The position numbers and the translations under genes are program-made. Shown piece by piece: positions 36,074-45,760 of a DNA stretch of 62,323 nucleotides (its first letter is position 1; each line of letters begins with the position of its first letter). The notes under the pieces were generated by a model, which was given only the letters and a program-made list of their open reading frames with translations, was not told the origin of the DNA and searched no databases. The DNA is from an archaeon (GTDB lineage Archaea > Undinarchaeota > CAZHTU01 > JBDRCC01): assembly GCA_043822065.1 (NCBI GenBank), contig JBDRCC010000017.1:1-62323 (forward strand). The letters run 5' to 3'.

Positions 36074-36640
36074 TTAGCAGAGCTCAGGTATCTCAAGAAT
36101 CTTCGGCGTTATGTCCGCCTTTGATGTTTTGATGACCACTACCTCTGTCTCTGCGCCAATCTTGTGCGCGCATTTCTCAAGGGCGAGCTTAACCTGCGGC
36201 ATGTATTTCCTGTTCGTCCTTACGCGCATTATGGTGTCACCATTCATAACCCGTGCGGCAGTGCCTATCGGCTTGCCGAACGCGCGCCTCATGCCTTCCT
36301 GGAACCTGTCTGCGCCTGCCCCTGTGGCAAGGGGGTTTTCCCTGAGGACGTGATGCGGATACGTAAGAATCTTAATGTAAAAATTCGTGACGCCTACCTT
36401 GTCAAGGTGCCTTGAGCATACAATTCTTGCAGATTCGAGGGCATTTTCCCTGACGTTTGCCGAAGCGCGGGAAACAAGCTCGATTATAGTGTCAAAGCCG
36501 GGGCTCTGCTTGCCCATGTCGAATTGGTTTATCTTCTTGCCAGGCACGCCCGGGATAAAATCCTTCTTCTGTACCTTAGCGGACCGCCTAGTGTAGGGCC
36601 GCTCGAGCTTCCTGTAGCAGACATTAGGTCGTATTCCCAT
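36074..36640 (-). CDS. rpl10e: 50S ribosomal protein L10e (uL16)
   Basis: ALESARI, YPHHVLRENPLATGAGADRFQEGMRRAFGKPIG. Confidence 0.96.
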   Translation of the reverse strand: MGIRPNVCYRKLERPYTRRSAKVQKKDFIPGVPGKKINQFDMGKQSPGFDTIIELVSRASANVRENALESARIVCSRHLDKVGVTNFYIKILTYPHHVLRENPLATGAGADRFQEGMRRAFGKPIGTAARVMNGDTIMRVRTNRKYMPQVKLALEKCAHKIGAETEVVVIKTSKADITPKILEIPELC

Positions 36641-36675
36641 CGTGCGATATACTTAATCCTGAAAGTTTATAAGCG

Positions 36676-38001
36676 TTATGCCTTAGCCTGTTTTTCCAGC
36701 CCGCCCATCATCCTTTTGAGCCCGCGGGGCAGCTTGCCCTTCTTTATCATGTTGACAAACTTCTTGCTCCGGTTGAAGTCTGCAATGAGCTGCTTTACCT
36801 CTGATGTCTTTGTGCCGGAGCCCTTTGCAATCCGCTCAATCCTTGACGCGCTTATGATGTCGGGATCCTCGAGCTCCTGCTTGGTCATTGAGTCCATTAT
36901 GTACTTGTAGTTCTTCATCCTCTGCTCGCTCATCTGGACTATCTCCTTAGGGAGCTTGTTTGACATGCCCATCATGTTGAGTATGTCCGTCAGCGAGCCC
37001 ATCTTCTTCTGCGCCTGGAGCTGCTTGTAGAAAACGGATAGCGTATATTTTTCAGTCAGGATGTCCTCAAAGTTGAACTCCTCCTCCGCCTGTATTTCCT
37101 GCGCCTTTTCCATAAGGGACTGGAGATCGCCCATGCCGACAATCCTCTGGAGGAAGCGGTTTGCATCAAACTCCTGGAGGTCGTCGAGCTTTTCACCGAC
37201 GCCTATGAACACAATCGGGACCCTTGCGTGCGCAACCGCCGAAAGCGCGCCTCCGCCTTTTGCCGTGCCTTCCAGCTTGGTCATAACGACGCCGGTAAGC
37301 CCTATCAAATTGTTGAACGTGTCCGCAACATCCCCTGCTTTTTGCCCGATATCGCCTGACAGGACAAGCCACTTTTCAGTCGGCTTCAGCTCCTTTTCTA
37401 TGGACTTAATCTCCGCTATCAGCTCTTTGTCTACGGAATCCCTGCCTGCCGAGTCGACTATAATTATGTCCTGGCCGGAAGATGCCTTCAGTGCCTCCTT
37501 TAGGATTTTTACGGGGTTCTTTTCCGCAGGATTGCCCAGTGCAGGGATGTTTATCTTTTTGCCGAGCTGCCTAAGCTGTTCGTAGGCAGCAGGCCTCCAT
37601 GTGTCTGTCGATATCAGCGCAGGCTTCAGCCCCTTTTTTTGGTAGTACTTTGCTATCTTTCCTGCCGTTGTCGTCTTGCCCGAGCCGTAAAGCCCGACTA
37701 AGAGCACCCGCGTCTTGTCAAGAGGCGGCTTTTTCGCCATGCCCAAAAGGCTTGTGAGCTCCTCATAAACGATTTTTACTATGAACTGGCGCTTTGAAAT
37801 GCTTCCTGGGACTTTCTCCTTTGATGTCCGCTCGCGTATCCTGTCCGAGAGCTCCATGACCAGCTGGACGCTCACGTCCGACGATATAAGCGCGCGCTGG
37901 ATGTCGCGGATTGTGTCCTCAAGGACCTTCTTGTCTACGATAGCCGCACCCGTAATCCTGCCTACCGCCCGCCTGATGTTGTCTCCAAAGCTATTTAGCA
38001 T
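36676..38001 (-). CDS. srp54: signal recognition particle protein SRP54
   Basis: GLYGSGKTTT, DTWRPAA, DSAGR, TK..G.AKGGG, M-domain SRIERIAKGSG. Confidence 0.96.
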   Translation of the reverse strand: MLNSFGDNIRRAVGRITGAAIVDKKVLEDTIRDIQRALISSDVSVQLVMELSDRIRERTSKEKVPGSISKRQFIVKIVYEELTSLLGMAKKPPLDKTRVLLVGLYGSGKTTTAGKIAKYYQKKGLKPALISTDTWRPAAYEQLRQLGKKINIPALGNPAEKNPVKILKEALKASSGQDIIIVDSAGRDSVDKELIAEIKSIEKELKPTEKWLVLSGDIGQKAGDVADTFNNLIGLTGVVMTKLEGTAKGGGALSAVAHARVPIVFIGVGEKLDDLQEFDANRFLQRIVGMGDLQSLMEKAQEIQAEEEFNFEDILTEKYTLSVFYKQLQAQKKMGSLTDILNMMGMSNKLPKEIVQMSEQRMKNYKYIMDSMTKQELEDPDIISASRIERIAKGSGTKTSEVKQLIADFNRSKKFVNMIKKGKLPRGLKRMMGGLEKQAKA

Positions 38002-39283
38002 CTTGTAGTAATTTTTCTGCCTCTTTTAAAAGATTGTCGGCGTCTTTGCGCGTCCTGCCTTCGACAGATATTCTGATAAGGTTTTGTGTGCCCGAGGCGC
38101 GGATGAGGTACCAGCCCTCTGGCTTGTCAATGCGGTACCCGTCAATTGTCAGCGGGGAGCGCCCATTCAGCCGTTTGCCGACGCCGGACATTGCCTTTGC
38201 CTTGTTCCGGACCGCATACTTTTTGCGCATTACAAATGTTTCCGGCATCTGCGAGATAAGCTCGGAGAGGGCGCCCTTGCGGGAAACTATTGACGCAATT
38301 ACTGCCGCGCTGAGGGGGCCGTCCGGCCCGAGGTGGACCTTGGGGTGTATCCAGCAGCCGCTTGATGATTCGCCGCCAAAGTTCGCTTTCGACTTTAGTA
38401 TGCCTTCCGCGACTGCTACATCCCCTACGCGAGTCCTAATTACATTCTTCTTGCCGGCAACCTGTTCAAGTATCATCGAGCCGTCTACCGTCGTTACCAC
38501 CTTTCCGCCGTACCTCTTGTAAACGAGCGCAAGCAGTTTCTCCTGGTCCACAAACGCGCCGTTTTCGTCTATCACTGCGTGCCTGTCCCCATCTCCGTCG
38601 TGTGCAACGCCCAAGTCTGCGTTCTCCCTGCGAACTGCTGCCTTAAGCGCTGACAAGTTCTTCTCTTCTGGCTCGCTCGGGCGCGACGGGAAAGTCCCGT
38701 CTATTTCACCATTTATGACAACGACCGTGCAGCCCAGCCTCTTGAATATTTCGGGAGTGACTAACGACGTTGGGCCGTTGCCTGGGTCAACAACAACCTT
38801 TAGGCAGCTTTGGAGCTTCACTGACCTAACTACTTTTGAAATGTACTTCTCTACCGCGTCCTTCTGTGAGTACTGCCCCTGTTTGTCCCACGAGGCGTAT
38901 GCGTACTTTTTGCTGGCGGCAACAGCCTCTATTTTTTGCTCTTGGGCAGGGGTAAAGCTCATTCCCGACTTCTGAAAGGCTTTCATGCCGTTGTCCTCTG
39001 CCGGGTTGTGGGACGCAGTAATCATTATGCCGGCGTCTCCGTAGAGCTTTGTCGCATAAGACAGGGTAGGGGTAGGAATTAAGCCGCAGTCAATGCAATC
39101 TGCGCCTGCGGAAAGGACTCCGCTGACTGCTGCCCTTGAGAGGAGGTAGCTCGTAGTCCTGCCGTCCCTGCCGACAATTATCCGCTTCCTGTCGGCTGAA
39201 ATCGCATTTGACACCAGCAAAACAAGGTCTGGGGTAACCTCTCTTCCGAACCGTCCCCTAATTCCAGAAGTTCCGAATAACAT
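37991..39283 (-). CDS. phosphoglucosamine mutase / phosphomannomutase (alpha-D-phosphohexomutase)
   Basis: LFGTSGIRG, TASHNP, DGDGDR, RASGT; start revised to ATG 39283. Confidence 0.92.
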   Translation of the reverse strand: MLFGTSGIRGRFGREVTPDLVLLVSNAISADRKRIIVGRDGRTTSYLLSRAAVSGVLSAGADCIDCGLIPTPTLSYATKLYGDAGIMITASHNPAEDNGMKAFQKSGMSFTPAQEQKIEAVAASKKYAYASWDKQGQYSQKDAVEKYISKVVRSVKLQSCLKVVVDPGNGPTSLVTPEIFKRLGCTVVVINGEIDGTFPSRPSEPEEKNLSALKAAVRRENADLGVAHDGDGDRHAVIDENGAFVDQEKLLALVYKRYGGKVVTTVDGSMILEQVAGKKNVIRTRVGDVAVAEGILKSKANFGGESSSGCWIHPKVHLGPDGPLSAAVIASIVSRKGALSELISQMPETFVMRKKYAVRNKAKAMSGVGKRLNGRSPLTIDGYRIDKPEGWYLIRASGTQNLIRISVEGRTRKDADNLLKEAEKLLQDAK

Positions 39284-39329
39284 ATTAACCAAAGACGAAT
39301 AATAGAATACGAAGGCATATAAAAAGGGC

Positions 39330-40004
39330 ATGACATACCAGAAAACCCGCATACGACCGATACACGAAGGCAAATACGAAGACCACAAGATTATTGCGGA
39401 GAATGCGCGGATTCTTTCGCAGGTGAGGGTTCTTGGTACGGTAACTGATGCCTTTTTCTCTGACGACGGCCAGTATGCCGCACTCACAGTTGACGACTCA
39501 ACCGCCCAGGTGCGCCTGAAGACGTTCAAAGAGCAGGTAGGCACGTTCAAGGCGTTCAAAAAGGGAGATATAGTGGACGTGTTCGGCAGGGTTCGGGAGT
39601 TTGAGGGCGAGCGTTATCTCCTTCCTGACATCATAAAGCTTATCGAAGACCCGAACCTAGAGGTCGAACGGAATGCAGAACTGCTTGAGATAGAGCATGA
39701 GCAGGCAGCGACATACAAGAAAATGCTTTCTGGCTCGGAAGGTGACGCACGGAAGCTCGCAGACAGCCTTGGCATGAGCGAGGAGGAGGCTGAGACTGCG
39801 CTCACGCAGAATCCTGAAACCGAGGAGCAGAAGAGCCGGGTCATGGAAACTATACTCAACCTTGACACCGGAGACGGCGTAGAATACGAAACTATAAGAA
39901 GCAAAATCGATATAGAAGACATTGGGTTAAAACATGCCCTTGGCGAGCTTATGGACGAGGGCGAAGTTTATGAACCTAAGTACGGAAGATATAAGAGGTT
40001 ATGA
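39330..40004 (+). CDS. RPA32-like single-stranded DNA-binding subunit (OB fold plus C-terminal winged helix)
   Basis: VRVLGTV, LTVDDST, VDVFGRVREF; C-terminal LMDEGEVYEPKYGRYK. Confidence 0.85.
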   Translation: MTYQKTRIRPIHEGKYEDHKIIAENARILSQVRVLGTVTDAFFSDDGQYAALTVDDSTAQVRLKTFKEQVGTFKAFKKGDIVDVFGRVREFEGERYLLPDIIKLIEDPNLEVERNAELLEIEHEQAATYKKMLSGSEGDARKLADSLGMSEEEAETALTQNPETEEQKSRVMETILNLDTGDGVEYETIRSKIDIEDIGLKHALGELMDEGEVYEPKYGRYKRL

Positions 40005-40417
40005 TGGGCGAACTTGACTACGACAAGCTGCTCGAGCGTGTGTCTTTGAGCATATCTGACAAGCCGGTGAATGCCGAGAGGTTCAAGCTTCCGGCGCCTA
40101 AGGTGAAGATAACCGGCAACCGGACGTGTATACAGAACTTCGCTGAAATTGCAGACCGGTGCGAGCGGGAGCCAACCCATCTCCTAAAATACCTTGTCCG
40201 GGAGCTTGCGACTTCTGGAAACCTTGAAGGCCAGAACGCGATATTCACTGGAAAGTTTGGCTATGAGCTTGTGAAGGGCAAGATTGCAGCTTATGTAAAG
40301 GAATTTGTCAAGTGCCCGGAATGCCAGAAGCCGGATACCAAGATAATAAAGGAAAACCGCCAGCCGCTAATGCGCTGCATGGCATGCGGTGCGAAGCACT
40401 CCTTGAGAACCCTGTAA
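40001..40417 (+). CDS. eif2b: translation initiation factor 2 beta subunit
   Basis: YDKLLER, ERFKLP, RELATSG, CPECQKPDT...CMACGA. Confidence 0.95.
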   Translation: MMGELDYDKLLERVSLSISDKPVNAERFKLPAPKVKITGNRTCIQNFAEIADRCEREPTHLLKYLVRELATSGNLEGQNAIFTGKFGYELVKGKIAAYVKEFVKCPECQKPDTKIIKENRQPLMRCMACGAKHSLRTL

Positions 40418-40687
40418 TCAGACCTTGTTTGCCAGCGGATAAAACTGCCCTGCGAGCTCATGCAGGAATCCTGCGTCGGAGAGCTTTTTTATTGCCTGCT
40501 TCAGCGCACCCTCCTCCTTCTTTGAGACGCTCTCGCGCTGGGATTTGAATTCAGCGAGGACATCCGTCTCGCGCATTGGGCCGCGCTTTTTCATGAATAT
40601 GTCCCAGACATATCCGGCCGGGGTCTCAATTTCGGTGGTGCCTATCTCTTTGTCAATTACTTCAATTTCTCGTGGTCGGTAATGCAT
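40418..40687 (-). CDS. small hypothetical winged-helix-like protein
   Basis: 89 aa; ALKQAIKKLSDAGFLHELAGQFY resembles a wHTH recognition helix and wing. Confidence 0.6.
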   Translation of the reverse strand: MHYRPREIEVIDKEIGTTEIETPAGYVWDIFMKKRGPMRETDVLAEFKSQRESVSKKEEGALKQAIKKLSDAGFLHELAGQFYPLANKV

Positions 40688-40712
40688 GAAAAAAGTATAT
40701 TGAAATGGCTTT

Positions 40713-41909
40713 TTAAGCTTTTCTTTCCATACTTTTCAAGAGGAGGGGCATAAGATCCGTTCCGTATATTCTTCCGAGAGAGCCCTTCTTTGCTTGCAGT
40801 TCATCAAAGCCGTTTATGGAATCTCCGGCATCTCCTGGGGTGCGGATAAGTATGGGCGTTGGGTCAATCGAGTGGTCCTTTTTTGAGACAGGAGTGCAGT
40901 GGTCGCCAGTTACCGCTATAACCACGCCGTCCGGGAAGCCTGAAACGAGCTCCTTGTCTACCCTTTCAATCATTTTCATCTTCTGCTCAAACTTCCCGTC
41001 GTGCCCGGCATTGTCAGTGCCCTTTACGTGAACGAATACAAAGTCGTGGCCTTCAAGGCCGCTCAGGCATTCCCTAAGCTTCGCCTTTAGGTCTGTAGTA
41101 TACGTTGCTGTCGCGCCAGGGATATCCGGCGTATCCATGCCGATGTATCTGGCAACGCCTTTATACAGCGCTCCTGCCGCCACGCATTTGCTGCTGAGCC
41201 CGTACTTCTCAAGGAAGGTAGGCACCTCCCTGTATTCGCCAGCGCCTCGCAGAAGTATTGCATTTCCAGGCAACTGGTTTTTTTCCTCGCGCTGGCGGTT
41301 TATCTCGCATTTTGCAAGGGCTTCTATGCTCTTCTTTGTAAAATCGTTCACAATCTGCGCAGTTCGTTGCGCCTCGTAGGACTGGTCGAGCGGCTTGCAT
41401 TCTAGTATGGGTCTCGGCTCATTCGTATGCGGATCCGTGTCCGAAACGCGGTAGGACAGCCCCTCGCCCCGCAGGATAACCGCGCCCCTGTGCTGGACAG
41501 AATGTTCGGCAATCAGCTCTGCATTATCAAGCCGTATATCCTGGAGTGCGGAAAATAGCTGGTCCGCGCCCTGTTCTATCCGTCCAGCCCTGCGGTCTAT
41601 TATATTTCCGCCGCGGAGGGTTGCAAGGTTTGCCCTGAATGCGATGTCGCCATGTTTTATAGGGATGTTTTCGCCAAGCGCCTCAAAAGGCCCGCGGCCG
41701 GTGTAATACTTCTCGATGTCATACCCGAAAATTGCAAGGTGCGCAGTATCGCTCTCCGGCTTGGTATCCTTGATTGCGACAAACTCCCCGACCCGGCCCT
41801 CTGCGCAAAGGCGGTCGATGTTCGGCTTCTCGGCGGCAGACAGCGGCGTGCGCCCGTTTTCATCCGGCAGGTCGCCGAGCCCGTCGCATATTAGGAGTAT
41901 GGCTTTCAT
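40713..41909 (-). CDS. apgM: 2,3-bisphosphoglycerate-independent phosphoglycerate mutase (archaeal type)
   Basis: DGLGD, PESDTAH, YTGRGPFEA, KGTDNAGHDG, TGDHCTP. Confidence 0.95.
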   Translation of the reverse strand: MKAILLICDGLGDLPDENGRTPLSAAEKPNIDRLCAEGRVGEFVAIKDTKPESDTAHLAIFGYDIEKYYTGRGPFEALGENIPIKHGDIAFRANLATLRGGNIIDRRAGRIEQGADQLFSALQDIRLDNAELIAEHSVQHRGAVILRGEGLSYRVSDTDPHTNEPRPILECKPLDQSYEAQRTAQIVNDFTKKSIEALAKCEINRQREEKNQLPGNAILLRGAGEYREVPTFLEKYGLSSKCVAAGALYKGVARYIGMDTPDIPGATATYTTDLKAKLRECLSGLEGHDFVFVHVKGTDNAGHDGKFEQKMKMIERVDKELVSGFPDGVVIAVTGDHCTPVSKKDHSIDPTPILIRTPGDAGDSINGFDELQAKKGSLGRIYGTDLMPLLLKSMERKA

Positions 41910-41961
41910 GCTTAGCCTAAAGGAAAATAGCTATATAATGGTTGTTTCATATCAGAGGTAT

Positions 41962-42864
41962 ATGATACTTGTAACCGGCGGCACGGGTCTTATTGGGCGG
42001 GCTCTAGTCAAGGAGCTCATCCGCAGGGGCGAGCGCGTGCGAGTATTTAGCATTGATTCGCCCCAAGATGATGCGGCAGACTATGTCCAGGGAGATATAA
42101 CTGATTACACTGCACTGCGCAAGGCCGCAGAAAAATGCTCAGTGATATTCCACCTCGCGGCATTGGTAAGCTATGATGCACACAAGATACCCCAGGCTGA
42201 ATACGACCGCGTAAATGTTGGCGGCACCGAAAACGTGCTCAAGGTCGCAGAAGAAACTGGCGCAACAGTTGTCTTCATGAGTTCGGTTGCCGCAGGCAGG
42301 AATGACACAAAATACTCAATATCGAAAAACAAGGCTGAAAAGTTAGTGCATGATTACTCTGAAAAGGTGCGCGTAATAATCATCAGGGCAGCCCCGGTTT
42401 ACGGCTCTGAAAGCCCAAAATTTACCAAAATGATGAAATATATCGAGCATGGGCTGTTAGGGCGCATCGGCAAGGATGTTAAGACGCACCTGGTCGAGAA
42501 AGACTCCTTAGTCAAGGCGCTTTTGCTGGCATCCAAAAAAGGGAATTCTGGAGAGGTATATGTTATTGCCGATAAAAACCCCATACTTGCCTCAGAGCTT
42601 TACTCAATCATGGCAAATGGGCTTGGGGTAAAAGAGAAGCATTACCCCTACTGGGCTGCGTATCTTGCAGCAGTTTTATCTGAGCTGTACTCGTTGGCTA
42701 CCGGCAAAAAGGCGCCATTAACCAGGGATTATCTCCTCACTTTAACTATCTCGCGGGAGTATGACTTTTCAAAGGCTCAAAAAGAGCTCGGGTTTAAGCC
42801 AGCTGACACTAAAGAGGGGGCAAAAAGAATGGTCGCCTGGTACAAATTAACGAAAACGCCCTAA
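41962..42864 (+). CDS. NAD-dependent epimerase/dehydratase (extended SDR)
   Basis: ILVTGGTGLIG, FHLAA, YSISK; start revised to ATG 41962. Confidence 0.9.
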   Translation: MILVTGGTGLIGRALVKELIRRGERVRVFSIDSPQDDAADYVQGDITDYTALRKAAEKCSVIFHLAALVSYDAHKIPQAEYDRVNVGGTENVLKVAEETGATVVFMSSVAAGRNDTKYSISKNKAEKLVHDYSEKVRVIIIRAAPVYGSESPKFTKMMKYIEHGLLGRIGKDVKTHLVEKDSLVKALLLASKKGNSGEVYVIADKNPILASELYSIMANGLGVKEKHYPYWAAYLAAVLSELYSLATGKKAPLTRDYLLTLTISREYDFSKAQKELGFKPADTKEGAKRMVAWYKLTKTP

Positions 42865-44138
42865 GCGCTTACTGCCGCCACTGGCTTTGAAGGCGCCTTT
42901 GGTTTGGCTGGCTTTTTCTCGCCAAGAATTATTTTCATCGGCTTCGACTTCGGGCTCATATTCCCATGGTCGTCAAAAGAGTGGACTATCACCAAGTTCT
43001 CGCCCTTTTTCAGCTTGACGCTGGAGATGCTGAAGCTTCCGGTTTTGGACGCAAGAGCTCTCCCTGCAGAGGCACGGTTGACAAAGACCTCTACAGTCGT
43101 GCCGGGGTCTGCTTTTCCAGTAAGCGTGACGGGGGACTTGTCGAAGTAGGCAGCAACCGTTGTCTTCGGAGTTGCAAGCCTGCGCCGCTTTCTCTTTTTC
43201 TTCTTCTGCTGCTTGATCGACGTTGTCTGCGGCTTGGCCGGACGTCGCGGCTTCCTTTTTCGTTTTGGCGCTTTGGCTGGCGGCTTCTTGGCAGCTAATT
43301 TTGCCTGCTTCTTTGGCTTAGCCTTGGTCTGCCTCTTCTTCGGCTTTTTAGCTTTCGGCTTCGCCCTCTTTGTTTTTGGCTTCTTGGCTGGTTTCTTTTT
43401 CGGTTTTAGCTTCTTGGCTTTCTTTTTAGGCTTGGGTTTGGGTTTTGGCTTAGCCTTGGCTGGTTTCTTTTTCGCCTTCGGCTTTTTGACTTTCTTCGGC
43501 TTCGCTTTTTTGGCTTTAGGCTTCCTCTTTGCCCGTTCCCGACCAGCAATCTTTTCGAGCAGGGCTCGGTTCTGCTCAAGAAGAGCCTCAATTGCCTCTG
43601 ACTGCTTGTGGATGAGCATGGAGTACTTTTTTAGCTCAAAGTCTGCGTCAAACCTAGCACCGTGGATGAGCTTCTTGTTGTCCCTATTTGCCTTTTCGAG
43701 GTCGCTGACGTCTGACTTTATAGTGTCGATGTCCTGCCTAAGCTCGCCCTTAATCTCCCTTAGGACAGCAATGCTTTCTGCAAGGATTTCACGCTCCTTG
43801 GATAAGTCCTCTTTCAGGCGCCGGTCTATCTTCCTCAGCTCTGTGACAAGGATGGGCATTTTTACCTGGGTGGATGGCTGCTGCATCTCCCTAAACGCCC
43901 CGCCAAGGACGTTAAACGAATCCGAGAATACTAAGCCCTCAAAAAGCAGGTTTCCGGCATTGTCCTCAATGACGTACCTGCCCCCTCCGTACTTGCCGTG
44001 CAGGAACCTGCACAAGGAGTCAATATCTGCCACGTCTGGCGGCAGCTGGAGTATTGTGTCAATCGCAACAAGCTTTTTCTTTCTTTGGCGGATGTCTATT
44101 GTCTTTTTTGAAAGCTTTAGCGGGTAGTTAAGGTCCAT
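42861..44138 (-). CDS. hypothetical protein: coiled coil, histone-H1-like K/A/P region and C-terminal Ig-like domain
   Basis: ~125 aa dominated by K/P/A/R; C-terminal VTLTGKADPGTTVEVFVN...GENLVIVHSFDDHGN beta-sandwich pattern. Confidence 0.75.
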   Translation of the reverse strand: MDLNYPLKLSKKTIDIRQRKKKLVAIDTILQLPPDVADIDSLCRFLHGKYGGGRYVIEDNAGNLLFEGLVFSDSFNVLGGAFREMQQPSTQVKMPILVTELRKIDRRLKEDLSKEREILAESIAVLREIKGELRQDIDTIKSDVSDLEKANRDNKKLIHGARFDADFELKKYSMLIHKQSEAIEALLEQNRALLEKIAGRERAKRKPKAKKAKPKKVKKPKAKKKPAKAKPKPKPKPKKKAKKLKPKKKPAKKPKTKRAKPKAKKPKKRQTKAKPKKQAKLAAKKPPAKAPKRKRKPRRPAKPQTTSIKQQKKKKRKRRRLATPKTTVAAYFDKSPVTLTGKADPGTTVEVFVNRASAGRALASKTGSFSISSVKLKKGENLVIVHSFDDHGNMSPKSKPMKIILGEKKPAKPKAPSKPVAAVSA

Positions 44139-44179
44139 AAAAATATGATAAGCCCAGGATATTTATACCTTTCTTTGCC

Positions 44180-45415
44180 TCAAATCTCGTCTTCTTCAAG
44201 GGCTTTCTCGCGTATCAGGAAGGAGGTTACTGGGGCAGAGGTTATTATCTTCGTGGCTACGGTGGAGGAAATCACTGACACGAGCACAAAGACAAACACA
44301 ATCACAACAATGAATTCCGCATTTGCAATGCTGGCTGCGACCACTAGGGGCGCGGTTGCCGCCGCAGCTATTCCCCTCGGGCCTATGAAGCTGGCAAGCA
44401 GCTTGTCTTTTACCGGTATGTCCTCTTCTGATTTCCAATAGGTCAGGAAAACTGCAAGGGGCCTTGCGCCGAGAATCCCAAGGAACGTAAACAGGAGTAT
44501 CCTAAACCAGGAGACGCTAAGGCCAGCGGCGGGCGCCAGGTTGATGCTTGCGCCGAGAAGCATGAATACAGACAATCGGAGCATCACTGAAAACGCATCG
44601 TCAAAGCGCTGGACGTCCTTCTTGCCAGGGAATGCTATGTTCCCTGCGATGAGGCCGCAGACTGCAACTGCGAGTATGCCTGAGCCGCCAACATTCTCGC
44701 CGAGGGCGTAGGTTATGAGGGCTATTGAAAACGCCAGGAGCGGGGAAAGGTCGCGGTCTGCCTTGTTCAGGAGCTTGCCAGCGGCGAACCCGACCACGAC
44801 GCCGGTGCCTACGCCGGCAGCAATCATAAGCCAAAACTTGTTGAGGTAAAGCATGGACAGGTCAACGCCAGAGACTACCGCATCGCCTTTTGATAAAAAG
44901 TCGAATATTATGAGCGGGATAAGGACGGATATTGGCGAATTCATTATTGACTCGACCATAAGAAGGTTGCTTGTTTTTTCGTGGTCGGAAAGCAAATCCT
45001 TGAAGGTCACAACGACGTCCGTGGACGTGCCGCTTATTATCGCCGCAAGTAGTATCGCGCCCAGGGCTGACAAGCCAAGGACAAGAATTCCAAGAGCCGA
45101 GAACAGGGCTATGGCTACGGCAACTGCGATTATTGTGAGCCTGAACGCGCTGTCAGATACCTGCTTGAACACGCGCATTTGCATGTTGAACGAGCCTGCA
45201 AATACGATTATTATCAGTGCTAAGCTCCTCAAAAAATCTGGCACGGTGCCCATGAGCCCAACGTCTATGACTCCGAGGACGGTTGGCCCCATCGCAAGCC
45301 CTGCGAGAAGGAGGAGAAACGAGTCCGGAATCCTGAACTTGCGCAGGCTGTTTGCGATTATCACGCCGAACCCTAATAGGAACGCAAAATAGGTCACGAT
45401 AAGCGTGGTAGACAT
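44180..45415 (-). CDS. CPA1-family (NhaP-like) cation:proton antiporter
   Basis: ~13 TM helices, GGSGILAV, ARPLAV, GPRGIAAA; start revised to ATG 45415. Confidence 0.87.
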   Translation of the reverse strand: MSTTLIVTYFAFLLGFGVIIANSLRKFRIPDSFLLLLAGLAMGPTVLGVIDVGLMGTVPDFLRSLALIIIVFAGSFNMQMRVFKQVSDSAFRLTIIAVAVAIALFSALGILVLGLSALGAILLAAIISGTSTDVVVTFKDLLSDHEKTSNLLMVESIMNSPISVLIPLIIFDFLSKGDAVVSGVDLSMLYLNKFWLMIAAGVGTGVVVGFAAGKLLNKADRDLSPLLAFSIALITYALGENVGGSGILAVAVCGLIAGNIAFPGKKDVQRFDDAFSVMLRLSVFMLLGASINLAPAAGLSVSWFRILLFTFLGILGARPLAVFLTYWKSEEDIPVKDKLLASFIGPRGIAAAATAPLVVAASIANAEFIVVIVFVFVLVSVISSTVATKIITSAPVTSFLIREKALEEDEI

Positions 45416-45469
45416 AGCACGGATAATCGCCTTAAGATTTAAATAGTTTATAGTCCTATTCAATTTAGG

Positions 45470-45760
45470 ATGGAATTCAGGATTGGAAAGCTTAGGCTTA
45501 ACATTGTTGAGAACAGCCCTGGCAGTCTCGCAATTGAGTATGAGATAGACGCCCACCGCACCCAGGAGAGCCTGCCGTCGCAGGAGATGATTGAGTGTGT
45601 TGACGACCTCAGGGCAGGCCTGCGGAAATTCGAGGACCAGAGGCGGCGCCAGGAGGAGGCAAAAGCGATGTTTGACTCGCACACGGTGTCAAAGCTTCAG
45701 TCTCTAGGCATACGGGATTTCGCATACCTCACAAGGGGCATAAAAGAGGACAACGAGTAG
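45470..45760 (+). CDS. hypothetical protein
   Basis: 96-aa ORF divergent from the antiporter across an AT-rich gap; core-like codon usage. Confidence 0.65.
   Translation: MEFRIGKLRLNIVENSPGSLAIEYEIDAHRTQESLPSQEMIECVDDLRAGLRKFEDQRRRQEEAKAMFDSHTVSKLQSLGIRDFAYLTRGIKEDNE

Noticed and set aside
43213-44127. 304-aa Phe/Gly/Leu-rich 'membrane protein' on the + strand
   Set aside because: Antisense shadow of the Lys/Pro/Ala-rich gene (AAA/AAG reads as TTT/CTT)
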